Shown: positions 18,067 through 27,557 of the stretch, one piece after another | Position numbering within the stretch: position 1 is the stretch's first letter | Layout of the letters: each line of letters begins with the position of its first letter | DNA from: Treponemataceae bacterium | Lineage (GTDB): Bacteria; Spirochaetota; Spirochaetia; Treponematales; Rectinemataceae | Assembly: GCA_963678065.2 (NCBI GenBank) | Contig: CAXXVZ010000005.1 | Location: forward strand, 448,001 to 512,000 | Direction: 5' to 3' | Length of the DNA stretch: 64,000 nt | The notes under the pieces: model-generated | What the model was told of the DNA's origin: nothing | What the model saw: only the letters and a program-made list of their open reading frames with translations | Databases searched by the model: none | Position numbers and translations under genes: made by a program

Positions 18067-20193
18067 ATGGACAAGCCGATGACTGCAAATTCGAAAACAG
18101 GCAGAAAGCCAGGCCCGGGCGGCGGCCCGGCCATTCAGGCAGGCTCAGGCGGTATGCCAAGTCTCGACGCGCCCATCCGCGTCCCCCAAAACCTTCCACT
18201 CATCCTCGTTCTCTACCTTCTTGGAATCTTCATGGGAGCCATCGACACCGGCATCGTCACGCCGGCGAGGACCCTCATACAGTCCGCTCTCGGCGTGGAC
18301 GGCAAGACAGGCATCTGGATTATCACCATATACACCCTCGCCTACGCCGCCATCATCCCGATATCGGGCAAACTGGCGGACCGGTTCGGGCGCAAGGTTA
18401 TCTACATAGCCAGCATCGCCCTCTTCGGAGCGGGCTCGGCCATCTGCGCACTGTCGGCATCCACGGGATCATTCGCCGTCATGCTCGCGGGACGCGTCGT
18501 TCAGGCGATCGGCGGCGGCGGCATCATGCCGATCGCCACGGCCGAGTTCGGCACCACCTTCCCCGCAAGCAAGCGCGGCATGGCCCTGGGCCTCGTCGGA
18601 GGAGTCTACGGCATCGCGAACATCCTCGGCTCCACGATGGGCAGCGCCATCCTCGACATCTTCGGAAAATCGCGCTGGGACTTCCTCTTCATGGTCAATG
18701 TCCCCATCGCCGCCCTCATCGTCGTCGCCGGCCTCTTCATCCTCCCGAACACCAAGGGCGCCGCGGTCAGGAAAATCGACTGGGCGGGCATTCCCGTTCT
18801 CTCGGCCATGGTCCTCGCCCTCCTCTATGGCCTGCGCAACATCGACTTTTTCAACTTCGCGACCTCGATCCGGAGCGTCGAAGTCTATCCTTTCCTCGCG
18901 GCCTTCGCGCTCCTTTTACCCGTCCTCCTCTACGTAGAGAGGAGGGCGGAAGATCCCATCCTCGCCCTGGAATACTTCACAGGGCGGCAAACCCTCGTCA
19001 CCCTCATACTCTCCTTCATTGTCGGCGTCATGATGATGGGCATGGTCTTCGTTCCGCAGTTCGCGGAAAACGCTCTGGGGATCGCCTCGGGGTCGGGCGG
19101 GTATTTCGTGGCGGTGCTCGGAATTTTCGCCGGACTGTCGGGGCCGGCGAGCGGATCACTCATCGACCGCTTCGGTCCCAAGAAAATCCTGTACGCCGGA
19201 TTCACCATAACTCTGGCCGGAGCCCTCTTTCTCATCCTCTACACCGTGCCGCATCCGGACACGGCCGCCGTGATCGCGAGCCTCGCCATCATGGGACTCG
19301 GGCTCGGATTCACGATGGGAACGCCGCTCAACTACATGATGCTGCAGAACAGCCGCGCGGAAAACTTGAACTCGGCCCTCGCGACGCTTTCCCTCGTCCG
19401 CTCCATCGGAACGGCGATCGCGCCCGCCATCATGATCGGCTTTCTCGCCCACGCAGGAGTCACGGCCCAGGACAAACTCATGAGTCTCATGCCGCCCATC
19501 GAGGCTCCGCGCCTGGAGCAGGCCGAGAAACTCTCTCGCCTCGTCGACCGGATGAAAGCCGATCCGCGCCAGGCCGCCATGCTTACCTCAGTGCAGATTC
19601 CCTCATTCGACGTTCCGGCGGCGGCCATAAACATTGGCGGCGCCTCTGGCATGGGCGCCGCTCCCGGCGCGGGCTTGCCTGCCGACCTCGTCGCGAAACT
19701 CCAGGGAGCCGACGTCACGAGCATCGTCGACGTCATGAAAGAGCTCGCAAGGCGGATGTACGACGAAAAGACGCCTGCGGTCATGGAAAAAATCCAGGGA
19801 GGAATCCGCGCCGGGCTCGCGAAGATGGAAGAGTCGGTGGCATCCATGGATGCATCCCTCGCCAGGATCAGGGCAGGCAGCGCGGGCATGCCGGGCGCGG
19901 CGGCCGGAATCGAGGCAGGGAAGACAGGTCTCGGAGAGGTCGTCGCGACCATGAAGGCCCTCGACGACGAAATCCCCTCGGCATTCCGGAAGTCCAGGGA
20001 CTCGTACATGGTCAGCATCGAGGAGAGACGGCCCGAAATCGAAAGCGCCTTCCAATCCGCGCTCAATGTCGGCTTCAGCCAGATGTACATCACCGTGGCG
20101 CTTGCAAGCCTGGTGGGCGCTCTTGTACTCTCCTTCTACCGGCAGCGCGGAAAAACAGCCTTCGCCACCGCACAATCCGTCAACGAAGGCTGA
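18067..20193 (+). CDS. MFS drug:H+ antiporter (DHA2-like, about 14 TM) with a large extracytoplasmic insertion
   Basis: GAIDTGIV, GKLADRFGRK and GRVVQAIGGGG motifs; about 200-aa soluble segment before the last TM. Confidence 0.9.
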   Translation: MDKPMTANSKTGRKPGPGGGPAIQAGSGGMPSLDAPIRVPQNLPLILVLYLLGIFMGAIDTGIVTPARTLIQSALGVDGKTGIWIITIYTLAYAAIIPISGKLADRFGRKVIYIASIALFGAGSAICALSASTGSFAVMLAGRVVQAIGGGGIMPIATAEFGTTFPASKRGMALGLVGGVYGIANILGSTMGSAILDIFGKSRWDFLFMVNVPIAALIVVAGLFILPNTKGAAVRKIDWAGIPVLSAMVLALLYGLRNIDFFNFATSIRSVEVYPFLAAFALLLPVLLYVERRAEDPILALEYFTGRQTLVTLILSFIVGVMMMGMVFVPQFAENALGIASGSGGYFVAVLGIFAGLSGPASGSLIDRFGPKKILYAGFTITLAGALFLILYTVPHPDTAAVIASLAIMGLGLGFTMGTPLNYMMLQNSRAENLNSALATLSLVRSIGTAIAPAIMIGFLAHAGVTAQDKLMSLMPPIEAPRLEQAEKLSRLVDRMKADPRQAAMLTSVQIPSFDVPAAAINIGGASGMGAAPGAGLPADLVAKLQGADVTSIVDVMKELARRMYDEKTPAVMEKIQGGIRAGLAKMEESVASMDASLARIRAGSAGMPGAAAGIEAGKTGLGEVVATMKALDDEIPSAFRKSRDSYMVSIEERRPEIESAFQSALNVGFSQMYITVALASLVGALVLSFYRQRGKTAFATAQSVNEG

Positions 20194-20200
20194 ACGAACA

Positions 20201-20791
20201 ATGCCCAAAGCGATCGAACACGCACATGATGCCATCCTGGCCACGACTCGCGGTCTCCTCTTGACCGAGGGTTATGACAGTCTCACCATGCGCTCGATCG
20301 CCGCTGCCTCGGGCATAGCGACCGGCACGATCTACAACTATTACTCGGCGAAAGACGAAATCGTGTACGCCGTCATGCTCGAAGACTGGCGCGCCGCCCT
20401 CGAGGGCATGGACAGGGATCTGGAAGATGTTTCAGACGACGCGGAGAAGGTCGAAGGCCTGCGCCCGATTTTCATGAGGCTTCGGAATTTCACCGCGACT
20501 TACAGCGATGTCTGGCGCAGAATGGCCCTGCCTCCGAAAGAGGGAACAGCTTCCCGGGTACAATGCTACGACCGGACGCTGTTCATGCAGGAACTCTCGC
20601 AACGGATCCAGGGCGTCTTCGGGCGGGAAGACGGAGGAGCAGAGGGGGAGCGCGGGCAAGAACAGGCCGGCATCTCCTTCGAGGCCGGCTTCGTCGCGCG
20701 CATATTCTCTCTGTACGCCATGGAGAAGGATTTCGAGTATTCCAGGCTGGAGAATGTCCTCAGGAAAATGTTCCCGAGGAACCCCGTCTGA
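20201..20791 (+). CDS. TetR/AcrR family transcriptional regulator
   Basis: GYDSLTMRSIAAASGIATGTIYNYYSAKDEI HTH. Confidence 0.92.
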   Translation: MPKAIEHAHDAILATTRGLLLTEGYDSLTMRSIAAASGIATGTIYNYYSAKDEIVYAVMLEDWRAALEGMDRDLEDVSDDAEKVEGLRPIFMRLRNFTATYSDVWRRMALPPKEGTASRVQCYDRTLFMQELSQRIQGVFGREDGGAEGERGQEQAGISFEAGFVARIFSLYAMEKDFEYSRLENVLRKMFPRNPV

Positions 20792-20871
20792 CCGAGGCCT
20801 GTTGCCGGGACGGCGGGACTCAAGTAGATTTATGTCTCGCGGCCCGCACAAGGCGTGGCGCGGAGGATACA

Positions 20872-21573
20872 ATGATCATACCGACCGTCGAAGAAATCAT
20901 AGCCCAGGACATCGAGCTCCTGAGAAAATGCCCCAAGAATTCAAACTGCGCGAGCTGTTCTGAGGAGACATGCGTCATGGTAGCGTCCGTGGCCGACTTT
21001 CCAACGGAATACGGACAGTTCACGATCATAGGATTCGTCAACAACAAAGACCGCAAAGACCACATCGTCATCCTGAAGGGCGAAATCGGCGACGGCGAAG
21101 ACCTGCTCGTCCGCGTCCACTCTGCCTGCCTCACGGGGGACGCCCTCGGGAGCATGCGCTGCGACTGCGGCCCCCAGCTCCACCACGCTCTCAGGCGCAT
21201 CGAGGCGGAAGGCCGCGGGATCGTCCTCTACCATCAGGAAGAAGGCCGGGGGATCGGGCTCGTGAACAAACTTCGCGCATATGCCCTGCAGGATAAAGGC
21301 TATGACACTCTCGACGCGAACGTGGCTCTGGGATTCAGGGCGGACGAGCGTGACTACCGCATCCCCGCCGAGATGCTCAAGAAGCTGGGAGTGAGGAGCG
21401 TGCGCCTGCTCACGAACAATCCGGAGAAGGTCGAGGCGATGGAGAAGTACGGCGTCAGGGTGACCGAGCGCGTGCAGCACGAGCTTCCGCCCCACGAGCA
21501 CAACCACGACTACCTCGAGACCAAGAAAGAGCGCTTCGGCCACTTCCTCGAGCTCGACCACGCGAAAGGGTAA
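20872..21573 (+). CDS. ribA: GTP cyclohydrolase II
   Basis: RVHSACLTGDALGSMRCDCG, QEEGRGIGL and LLTNNPEK motifs; GGAGG RBS. Confidence 0.93.
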   Translation: MIIPTVEEIIAQDIELLRKCPKNSNCASCSEETCVMVASVADFPTEYGQFTIIGFVNNKDRKDHIVILKGEIGDGEDLLVRVHSACLTGDALGSMRCDCGPQLHHALRRIEAEGRGIVLYHQEEGRGIGLVNKLRAYALQDKGYDTLDANVALGFRADERDYRIPAEMLKKLGVRSVRLLTNNPEKVEAMEKYGVRVTERVQHELPPHEHNHDYLETKKERFGHFLELDHAKG

Positions 21574-21690
21574 AAGCCCTCCCGACGGGGCCCGAAGCCG
21601 CAGTCCCGGCCGGCGCGGAAGGTCGCCAGGCCGATCTGATTCCGCGCCCGACCGACGCGGCGGCTGTGGCCGGAACCGCGTGTCCCGGCG

Positions 21691-22653
21691 TCATTCCGGC
21701 CGGAGCGCGCCGTCCTTCGACCCGCCGCCCTGCAGCGGGATGAGGAAAACGGGTTTCCGGGTCCGGCGCAAAACCTCGCAGGCCACCGATCTCGACCAGA
21801 AAGCCTTCATGCCCGCCTTGCCGTGCGAGGCGAGGACGATCGCGTCCGCATCGTGGCGCCTCACCGAGGCGGCGATGACGGCTGCGGGCGCCCCGCGGGC
21901 GAGCTCGGCGCGAACCTTCAGGCTCGTCGCCCCGAGTTCGTCCAGATGCTCCTGGAGGTGCACGGCTGCCTGTCTTCCCTTCATCTCCAGCAGGGCCGAT
22001 GTGGCGAGCGGCGAAAGCGTCCTCACCGCCGAGGAATCGCCGTTCAGGCTCGAGGCCGTGTGCACCACCGTCAGAAGCCGGATCTCGGCGCCGAAGGCGC
22101 GCGCGATAGCGGCCGCCCAGGGCAGGGATTCGTCGTGGTCGGACTCGCTGTCGATCGGGACGAGGAGGCGGTCGATGGTGAACGGCGATTCCGGCACCGT
22201 CTGAAACTCCGGCCTCTCCTGTTTCCCGTCGGGATGGACGAGGAGGAGGGGCGTGCGTCCCGACGCGATGACCCTCTGGGCGAGGGAGCCGAACACGAAA
22301 TTCCTGAGACTGGCGTCCCCGTGCGTGCACATGACGATGAGGTCGGGATCGAATTCCCGGGAAGCGTGGCTGAGGATTGCCCGGGCGACATCGTCGATGG
22401 CCTCGGCGTGGACGTGTGTCTCGACCCTGATTCCGGAGGATGCGAGCCGGGCCGCGACATCATCCAGATAGGCCGTGGCCTCCCTCGCGTCCGTGAGGTG
22501 CCTGTCCCCGTGGATTTCCGCGCGCGCGCGGCGCTCCACGACATGGAGAAGGGTGAGCACGGCGCCGAAACTCCGGGCAAAGGCCGCCGCGGGGGCGATT
22601 CCGGCCTCCGCGAGGGTCGAGCCGTCGAGGGGGAGCAGAATGTTTCCGATCAT
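21691..22653 (-). CDS. Universal stress protein (tandem USP domains)
   Basis: ILLPLDGS, DLIVMCTHG, FGSLAQRV, IVLASHG and SVACEV motifs; ATGA coupling to mntH. Confidence 0.9.
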   Translation of the reverse strand: MIGNILLPLDGSTLAEAGIAPAAAFARSFGAVLTLLHVVERRARAEIHGDRHLTDAREATAYLDDVAARLASSGIRVETHVHAEAIDDVARAILSHASREFDPDLIVMCTHGDASLRNFVFGSLAQRVIASGRTPLLLVHPDGKQERPEFQTVPESPFTIDRLLVPIDSESDHDESLPWAAAIARAFGAEIRLLTVVHTASSLNGDSSAVRTLSPLATSALLEMKGRQAAVHLQEHLDELGATSLKVRAELARGAPAAVIAASVRRHDADAIVLASHGKAGMKAFWSRSVACEVLRRTRKPVFLIPLQGGGSKDGALRPE

Positions 22654-24002
22654 GATCGACCTCCCGAGAGGAGCCGGAAAACGAGGAAGAAATTGAGGGC
22701 CAGGATCAGCGCTACGGCTATTCCGGCCGCGATGTTGGTCGCCAGGCGGTTCGCGAGGCTGCCCATGATGTCCCGCCTCCGCGTGAACTGTAAAAGCGGT
22801 ATGACGGCGAATGGCAGGCCGAAGCTGAGGACAACTTGGCTCAGGACGAGGGTGCGCGTCGGGTCGAGCCCGATGGCCAGAACGAAGAGAGAAGGGACGA
22901 TGGTGACGAGGCGGCGTATCCAGGGCGCTATCTTGTGCCTGAGAAATCCCTGCATGATGACCTGACCGGCCATGGTTCCCACCGACGAAGAGGAGAGTCC
23001 GCTCGCGAGCAGGGAAATGCCGAAAAACCACTGGGCGGCCTTCCCGAGAAGGGGTTCAAGGGTCTTGTGGGCCTGCTGGATCGTCCCGATATCCGTGAGA
23101 CCCTTCGAATTGAAGGTGGTCGCCGCCATGATGAGCATGGCCATGTTGATGAGGCCCGCCCCGCCCATGGCCACGACGACATCGATGACCTCGTAGCGGA
23201 ACAGCTTTTTCATCATCCCCGGATCCTTGATGACGATGCGGTCCTGGGTGAGGGCCGAGTGCAGGTAAATGGCGTGCGGCATGACCGTGGCGCCGAGGAT
23301 TCCGGCGGCGACGACCACGCTTTCGGTGCCCGAGAACATGGGCACGACGGCGTGGTAAAGCACTGTCCCCCAGTTCGGCCTGACGAGGGCGATCTCGACG
23401 AGGTAGCTCACTGCGACGACGGCGACCATGCCCGTGATGACAGCCTCGATGGGGCGGAAGCCGAAGCGTTCGAGGCCGAGGATGAGGAAGGTCACGACCG
23501 CCGTGAGGAGGCCCGCCCACATGAGCGGCATCCCGAAGAGCAGGTTGAACCCGAGGGCCGCGCCGATGAACTCGGCCAGGTCGGTGGCGATGGCCGCGAG
23601 CTCGGCGACCACCCACATGATCCGCACGAGCCAGCGCGGGTACTGGTTGCGGCAGTGCTCCGCGAGGTTGAGCCCGGTCGCGATGCCGAGCTTGGCGGAG
23701 AGAGTCTGGAGAATCATGGCCATCAGGTTCGAGGCCAGGATGACCCACAGGAGCATATAGCCGAATTTGGCGCCGCCCTCGATGTTGGTCGCGAAATTGC
23801 CCGGGTCCATGTAGGCGACACTGGCGATGAAGGCCGGCCCCATGAAGGGGAGGAGCCTCGCGAGAAAGCCTTTTTTGCTCGTGCCGGCGAGGATCTCGTT
23901 GGCGAGTTCCACCGTGCCTTTTCTGCCGCCCGCAGGGTCGTTCCCGGGCTTCCCTTCGGTTTCCATTCCAGGGTCCCCTGCCGGGGCGGTGATTTTTCCC
24001 AT
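22650..24002 (-). CDS. mntH: Nramp divalent metal (Mn2+) transporter
   Basis: AYMDPGNFAT, GATVMPHAIYLHS and GTMAGQVIMQGF motifs. Confidence 0.95.
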   Translation of the reverse strand: MGKITAPAGDPGMETEGKPGNDPAGGRKGTVELANEILAGTSKKGFLARLLPFMGPAFIASVAYMDPGNFATNIEGGAKFGYMLLWVILASNLMAMILQTLSAKLGIATGLNLAEHCRNQYPRWLVRIMWVVAELAAIATDLAEFIGAALGFNLLFGMPLMWAGLLTAVVTFLILGLERFGFRPIEAVITGMVAVVAVSYLVEIALVRPNWGTVLYHAVVPMFSGTESVVVAAGILGATVMPHAIYLHSALTQDRIVIKDPGMMKKLFRYEVIDVVVAMGGAGLINMAMLIMAATTFNSKGLTDIGTIQQAHKTLEPLLGKAAQWFFGISLLASGLSSSSVGTMAGQVIMQGFLRHKIAPWIRRLVTIVPSLFVLAIGLDPTRTLVLSQVVLSFGLPFAVIPLLQFTRRRDIMGSLANRLATNIAAGIAVALILALNFFLVFRLLSGGRS

Positions 24003-24015
24003 GCTTCAAGTATAC

Positions 24016-24057
24016 TGTCTAACCTGCCCCGGAGGCATCCCCGGGACAGGTTAGACA
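24016..24057 (-). terminator. Long stem-loop between the Fe-S gene and mntH (terminator or regulatory)
   Basis: TGTCTAACCTG..CAGGTTAGACA. The two plus-strand mismatches become G-U pairs on the minus strand. No strong U tract. Confidence 0.5.
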
Positions 24058-24096
24058 ATGAAAGGCGGGCTTGTCCGGAAAGAACGGCCCTCCCCG

Positions 24097-25344
24097 TCAG
24101 GGCTTTATCAGAGCATCGGCCACGAGCTTCGAGATGAACTCGATCCGGAGCCCGAGGCCGTAGTGCGCGTTGAGGTCAGTGAGCTGGGAGTGGCAGTTCT
24201 CGCAGGCGGTCGTGACCATGGAGGCGCCCGAGGCCGCCATCTGATCGGCCTTCACCTTCGAGGACTTCATGCGGAACTCGTCCTCGCCGATGGCGACGAG
24301 GCCGCCCCCGCCGCCGCAGCACCAGTTCTCCTCGCGCGTCGGCGTCATCTCGCGGAAGTTGGGCGTGAGCGCGGAGAGCACGCGGCGCGGCTCCTCGAAG
24401 ACACCCGAGTTGCGCGCGATCTGGCAGGGATCGTGGTAGGTCACCCAGCCCGGGATCGTGCCGCGGTTGAGCTTGATTCTGCCCCCGCGGATGTACCGGT
24501 CGATCAGTTCGACGAAGGTGACGACCTTGAACCTGTCCTGCGGCATGAAGTGCCTGAGCACGCGGAATGCCGTGCCGCACTCGACGACGGCTATCTCTTT
24601 CACGCCGAGCTTTTCGGCCTCGGAGAATATGCGCCCGGCTATGAGTTTCATCTTCGCGCCGTCCCCGAGGAAGGCCCCGAAGTTGACCGCCTCGAAGTAC
24701 GAGAGCGACCAACTCTCCCCGGCCGCATTCATGATCGCCGCGGCGGGGACGATGGAGTGTTTGCCCGCGAGCGCGACGTAGAGAACATCCGCCCCTTGCA
24801 CTTCGACGGGAATGGATGGCGTCGGGGACGCGGGCCAGAGCGCGCGCACCTCGGCGTCCAGGTTGCCCACGGCTTCCTTGAAAGAATCCTTCGTGTCCTC
24901 GATCCCCTCGCCCTTGGCGATGGACATGTCGGCGAGCATGGAGAGGATCTCCTGGGAGCGGTCCGCGCCGATGAGGAGGGCCTTCGCGATGCCCATGATC
25001 TGCTGAGTGTCGATGCCGAAGGGACAGTGGACCATGCAGCGGCGGCAGCCCGTGCAGGACCACGCGGCCTCTTTCACCATGTCGAGGGTCGTCTCGTCGA
25101 ACTCGAGGACCTCGCCGAGCCAGGGCGCGAACTTCCCCTGCATCCTGAAATAGCGCTTGAAAATCTTGCGTATGACTTCCGCGCGGCCGACGGCGGTGTA
25201 CTTCGCTTCGGGCATCGACGCGTAGACATGGCAGGACTCGACGCACAGGCCGCATCTCGCGCATGTGTCGAGATACATGCGCATGGTCCCGTTGAGCCTG
25301 GTTTCGAATAACTTCCTGAGCTGGGAACTCACGCCCGAGTCCAT
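24097..25344 (-). CDS. Fe-S/CCG-domain oxidoreductase (DsrK/TmcB/HdrD family)
   Basis: CARCGLCVESC and CTGCRRCMVHCP ferredoxin motifs; CCG domain YHDPCQ..WCCGGGGG..TACENC. Confidence 0.9.
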   Translation of the reverse strand: MDSGVSSQLRKLFETRLNGTMRMYLDTCARCGLCVESCHVYASMPEAKYTAVGRAEVIRKIFKRYFRMQGKFAPWLGEVLEFDETTLDMVKEAAWSCTGCRRCMVHCPFGIDTQQIMGIAKALLIGADRSQEILSMLADMSIAKGEGIEDTKDSFKEAVGNLDAEVRALWPASPTPSIPVEVQGADVLYVALAGKHSIVPAAAIMNAAGESWSLSYFEAVNFGAFLGDGAKMKLIAGRIFSEAEKLGVKEIAVVECGTAFRVLRHFMPQDRFKVVTFVELIDRYIRGGRIKLNRGTIPGWVTYHDPCQIARNSGVFEEPRRVLSALTPNFREMTPTREENWCCGGGGGLVAIGEDEFRMKSSKVKADQMAASGASMVTTACENCHSQLTDLNAHYGLGLRIEFISKLVADALIKP

Positions 25345-26237
25345 ACGGTCCTCCTCACGAGGTTGAGCGGGAATGCGAAGCAGGTGTGCATGAACTTGGT
25401 GAAGGGCAGCGCGATGAAGAGCAGGTTGGCGAGAAGCACGTGCAGCACCGCGAAGTGGTAGTGCGATCCGTGGAGGACGAGCCGGGGATCGGCGAAAGTG
25501 AACCGGAAGAGTCCGTCGAAATACTTCGCGAAGTCGGCCTTCGTCATGACGAAGCCATTTTTCGTCCAGGAATTCCCCCAGCTCATGAGGTCGCCCAAGA
25601 GGAAAAGGAAAAGGAGGAGAAGGAGCACGAGGTAGTCGCCCGGCGTCGATATGGCGCGGTTGACGCCCGAGAAACGTCGTCCGAGGAAATAGAAGGTCGG
25701 GACGGTCACCATGAGCCCGACGAACCCTGCGCCGATCATGTGCCGGGAGGCTTCGGGAACGATGGAGACGTGCGGAAGGATGTCGATGTGGCCGAGGAAG
25801 AGAAGGAGGAATCCGATGTGGTAGGTCATGAGGAAGATCCAGAACACCGGCGCCCGCCTGCGGATCTGCGGCATGCCGAAGGTGTCGCGCAGGGCGGCGA
25901 GGAAGGGGAAGCGCGGCGCGGGGTAGAGGGCGAGCTGGTAGGGAGGCGGCCCCGCGCGGAATGTCTTCGCAATCTTCGCGATAGCTACGACGAGGAAAAA
26001 AGCGATGGACAGGTAGACCATGGGAACCATGATGAAATAGTAAAGCTTGTCGAAGAGGAGGGCGAAACCGCTGTGGACGACGGCCGCGGAAGCGCCTGAC
26101 ACCGCCTGGGCACCTTCGGTCGCGCTCTGCGAGGCGCCCGAAACCACCTCGGCCGCCTTCCCCGCCAGAGTCGTGGCAGTCGTCATGACACCCTGAATTG
26201 CTGTCGCGGCGACTGTCGTGACGGTTGTACCGTTCAT
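25329..26237 (-). CDS. Membrane di-heme cytochrome b (NarI/DsrM/TmcC/HdrE family)
   Basis: About 5 TM helices; His pairs YHIGFLLLFLGH and LHVLLANLLFIALPFTKFMH as in the NarI family; overlaps the downstream Fe-S gene. Confidence 0.8.
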   Translation of the reverse strand: MNGTTVTTVAATAIQGVMTTATTLAGKAAEVVSGASQSATEGAQAVSGASAAVVHSGFALLFDKLYYFIMVPMVYLSIAFFLVVAIAKIAKTFRAGPPPYQLALYPAPRFPFLAALRDTFGMPQIRRRAPVFWIFLMTYHIGFLLLFLGHIDILPHVSIVPEASRHMIGAGFVGLMVTVPTFYFLGRRFSGVNRAISTPGDYLVLLLLLFLFLLGDLMSWGNSWTKNGFVMTKADFAKYFDGLFRFTFADPRLVLHGSHYHFAVLHVLLANLLFIALPFTKFMHTCFAFPLNLVRRTVWTRA

Positions 26238-26246
26238 GTCCTGCGC

Positions 26247-26486
26247 CTACTTCGTCCGCTTCACGAAAATCCTGATCACGCCTGCTTCCTGCTTCGTCTC
26301 GACGACCTGCTGACCAGTCGTCTTCGCCCAGGCGGGAAAGTCGGAGAGGGAGCCCGGATCTGTCGTAAGAACCTCGACCGTGTCGCCGACATTGACCGTC
26401 TTGATCTCCTTCGAGATCTTCACGACCGGCATCGGACACGCGAGACCCTTGTAGTTCAGTGTTTTGACGAACGTTACATCAGCCAT
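26247..26486 (-). CDS. tusA: Sulfur carrier protein, TusA/SirA family
   Basis: LNYKGLACPMPVV (CPxP motif) and TTDPGSLSDFPAW; 79 aa. Confidence 0.92.
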   Translation of the reverse strand: MADVTFVKTLNYKGLACPMPVVKISKEIKTVNVGDTVEVLTTDPGSLSDFPAWAKTTGQQVVETKQEAGVIRIFVKRTK

Positions 26487-26580
26487 GATTCGCTCCTTGT
26501 CGCTGCGGACATGCGGGCGGACAGCCGATCGCCCCGCCCGGTATGAATTATACGTGAATCCGGAAAATCCGGCACGATTC

Positions 26581-27123
26581 TCAGATAAAAAGCTGTACGG
26601 CGGAATCCCTGGCTTCGGCGATGAAGGTCGCGACTCCCCCGTAGGTCAGCTGGGGATACTCGATCATCTCCTCGCGCTTGAAGCCCATGAGGTCCATGGA
26701 CATCTCGCAGATGACGATGCGCACGCCGAGTTCGCCCGCGACTTCGTAGAGCTGGTCGAGGCTGGCCACGTTTTTCTTCTTCATGAGCCCCTTGAGCATG
26801 GCCGTTCCGGCCCCCGCCATGTGCATCTGCGAGAGCTTCAGCTTGTTGCGACCCTTCGGCAGCATGAAACCGAACATCTTCTCGATGAGGTTCTTGCCGG
26901 CGACCTTTTTGCCCGGCGACCTGAGGGCGGCGGTGCCCCAGAAGGTGTAGAACATGACGACTTCCATGCCCATCGCTCCGGCGCCGGTCGCGATGATCAT
27001 GGAGGCTATCTGCCTGTCGAGATCGCCCGAAAACACGATCATCGACAACTTGTTCTTCGCGCCCGGCCTCTCGTCGAGCTGCGCGCGGATTTCCGCCAGT
27101 TCCTTCGCATAATCGAGTTCCAT
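26581..27123 (-). CDS. DsrE2-like (DsrE/DsrF/DrsH) sulfur transfer protein
   Basis: IVFSGDLD, MFYTFWG, LSQMHMAGAG, ICEMSMDLMG (conserved Cys) and GGVATF motifs. Confidence 0.9.
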   Translation of the reverse strand: MELDYAKELAEIRAQLDERPGAKNKLSMIVFSGDLDRQIASMIIATGAGAMGMEVVMFYTFWGTAALRSPGKKVAGKNLIEKMFGFMLPKGRNKLKLSQMHMAGAGTAMLKGLMKKKNVASLDQLYEVAGELGVRIVICEMSMDLMGFKREEMIEYPQLTYGGVATFIAEARDSAVQLFI

Positions 27124-27150
27124 TGTCTATCTCCTTCGGGAAAGTGTGGA

Positions 27151-27537
27151 CTACAGAGCGGGAATGGAAAGATCTCTCTCCGCGGAAGACGGAATGTCCT
27201 CCGGGGGCGAGGCGTCGTCGGCCTGATATCGGGCCGGGACTCTGTGGAGAGTGCATCCTTCGAGACACTGGATGAGGTTCGCCAGCTTGGGTTCGGCCAG
27301 CCTGTAGACCGCAAAGCCCTCGGCCCGGGAAGTGTCGACGAGGCGGGACAGCCGGAGGATGCGCAGTTGCTGGGATACGATGGCCGGCGGAGCCGAAAGC
27401 GTCCGCGCGATGTCGGAGACAGTGGCTTCGCCCCGGCACAGGAGGGCGATGATCCGCAGACGCACGGGATGTCCGAGGGCCTTCACAATATCGGCCATGC
27501 TCCCGGCGAAGGCGCGGTCTTCCATGAATGATGGCAT
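27151..27537 (-). CDS. ArsR/SmtB family repressor with Cys after helix 2 and a C-terminal CxxxC
   Basis: KALGHPVRLRIIALLC, VSQQLRILR and YRLA..IQCLEGC motifs. Confidence 0.9.
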   Translation of the reverse strand: MPSFMEDRAFAGSMADIVKALGHPVRLRIIALLCRGEATVSDIARTLSAPPAIVSQQLRILRLSRLVDTSRAEGFAVYRLAEPKLANLIQCLEGCTLHRVPARYQADDASPPEDIPSSAERDLSIPAL

Positions 27538-27557
27538 TGGGCAAACCTCAGAATGTC

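Noticed and set aside
20792..20871. FMN riboswitch upstream of ribA
   Set aside because: The gap is only 80 bp and has no RFN consensus.
24003..24096. yybP-ykoY Mn riboswitch upstream of mntH
   Set aside because: There is a single hairpin only, no recognisable consensus, and a -10 box lies immediately before the ATG.
24097..26439. 780-aa version of the Fe-S protein
   Set aside because: The N-terminal 365 aa are an Arg-rich alternative frame over the cytochrome b and tusA genes. The real start is 25344, with a GAGGAGG RBS.
24097..27537. Selenocysteine read-through in the sulfur operon
   Set aside because: The expected catalytic positions are ordinary Cys codons and the proteins are full length at their stops.
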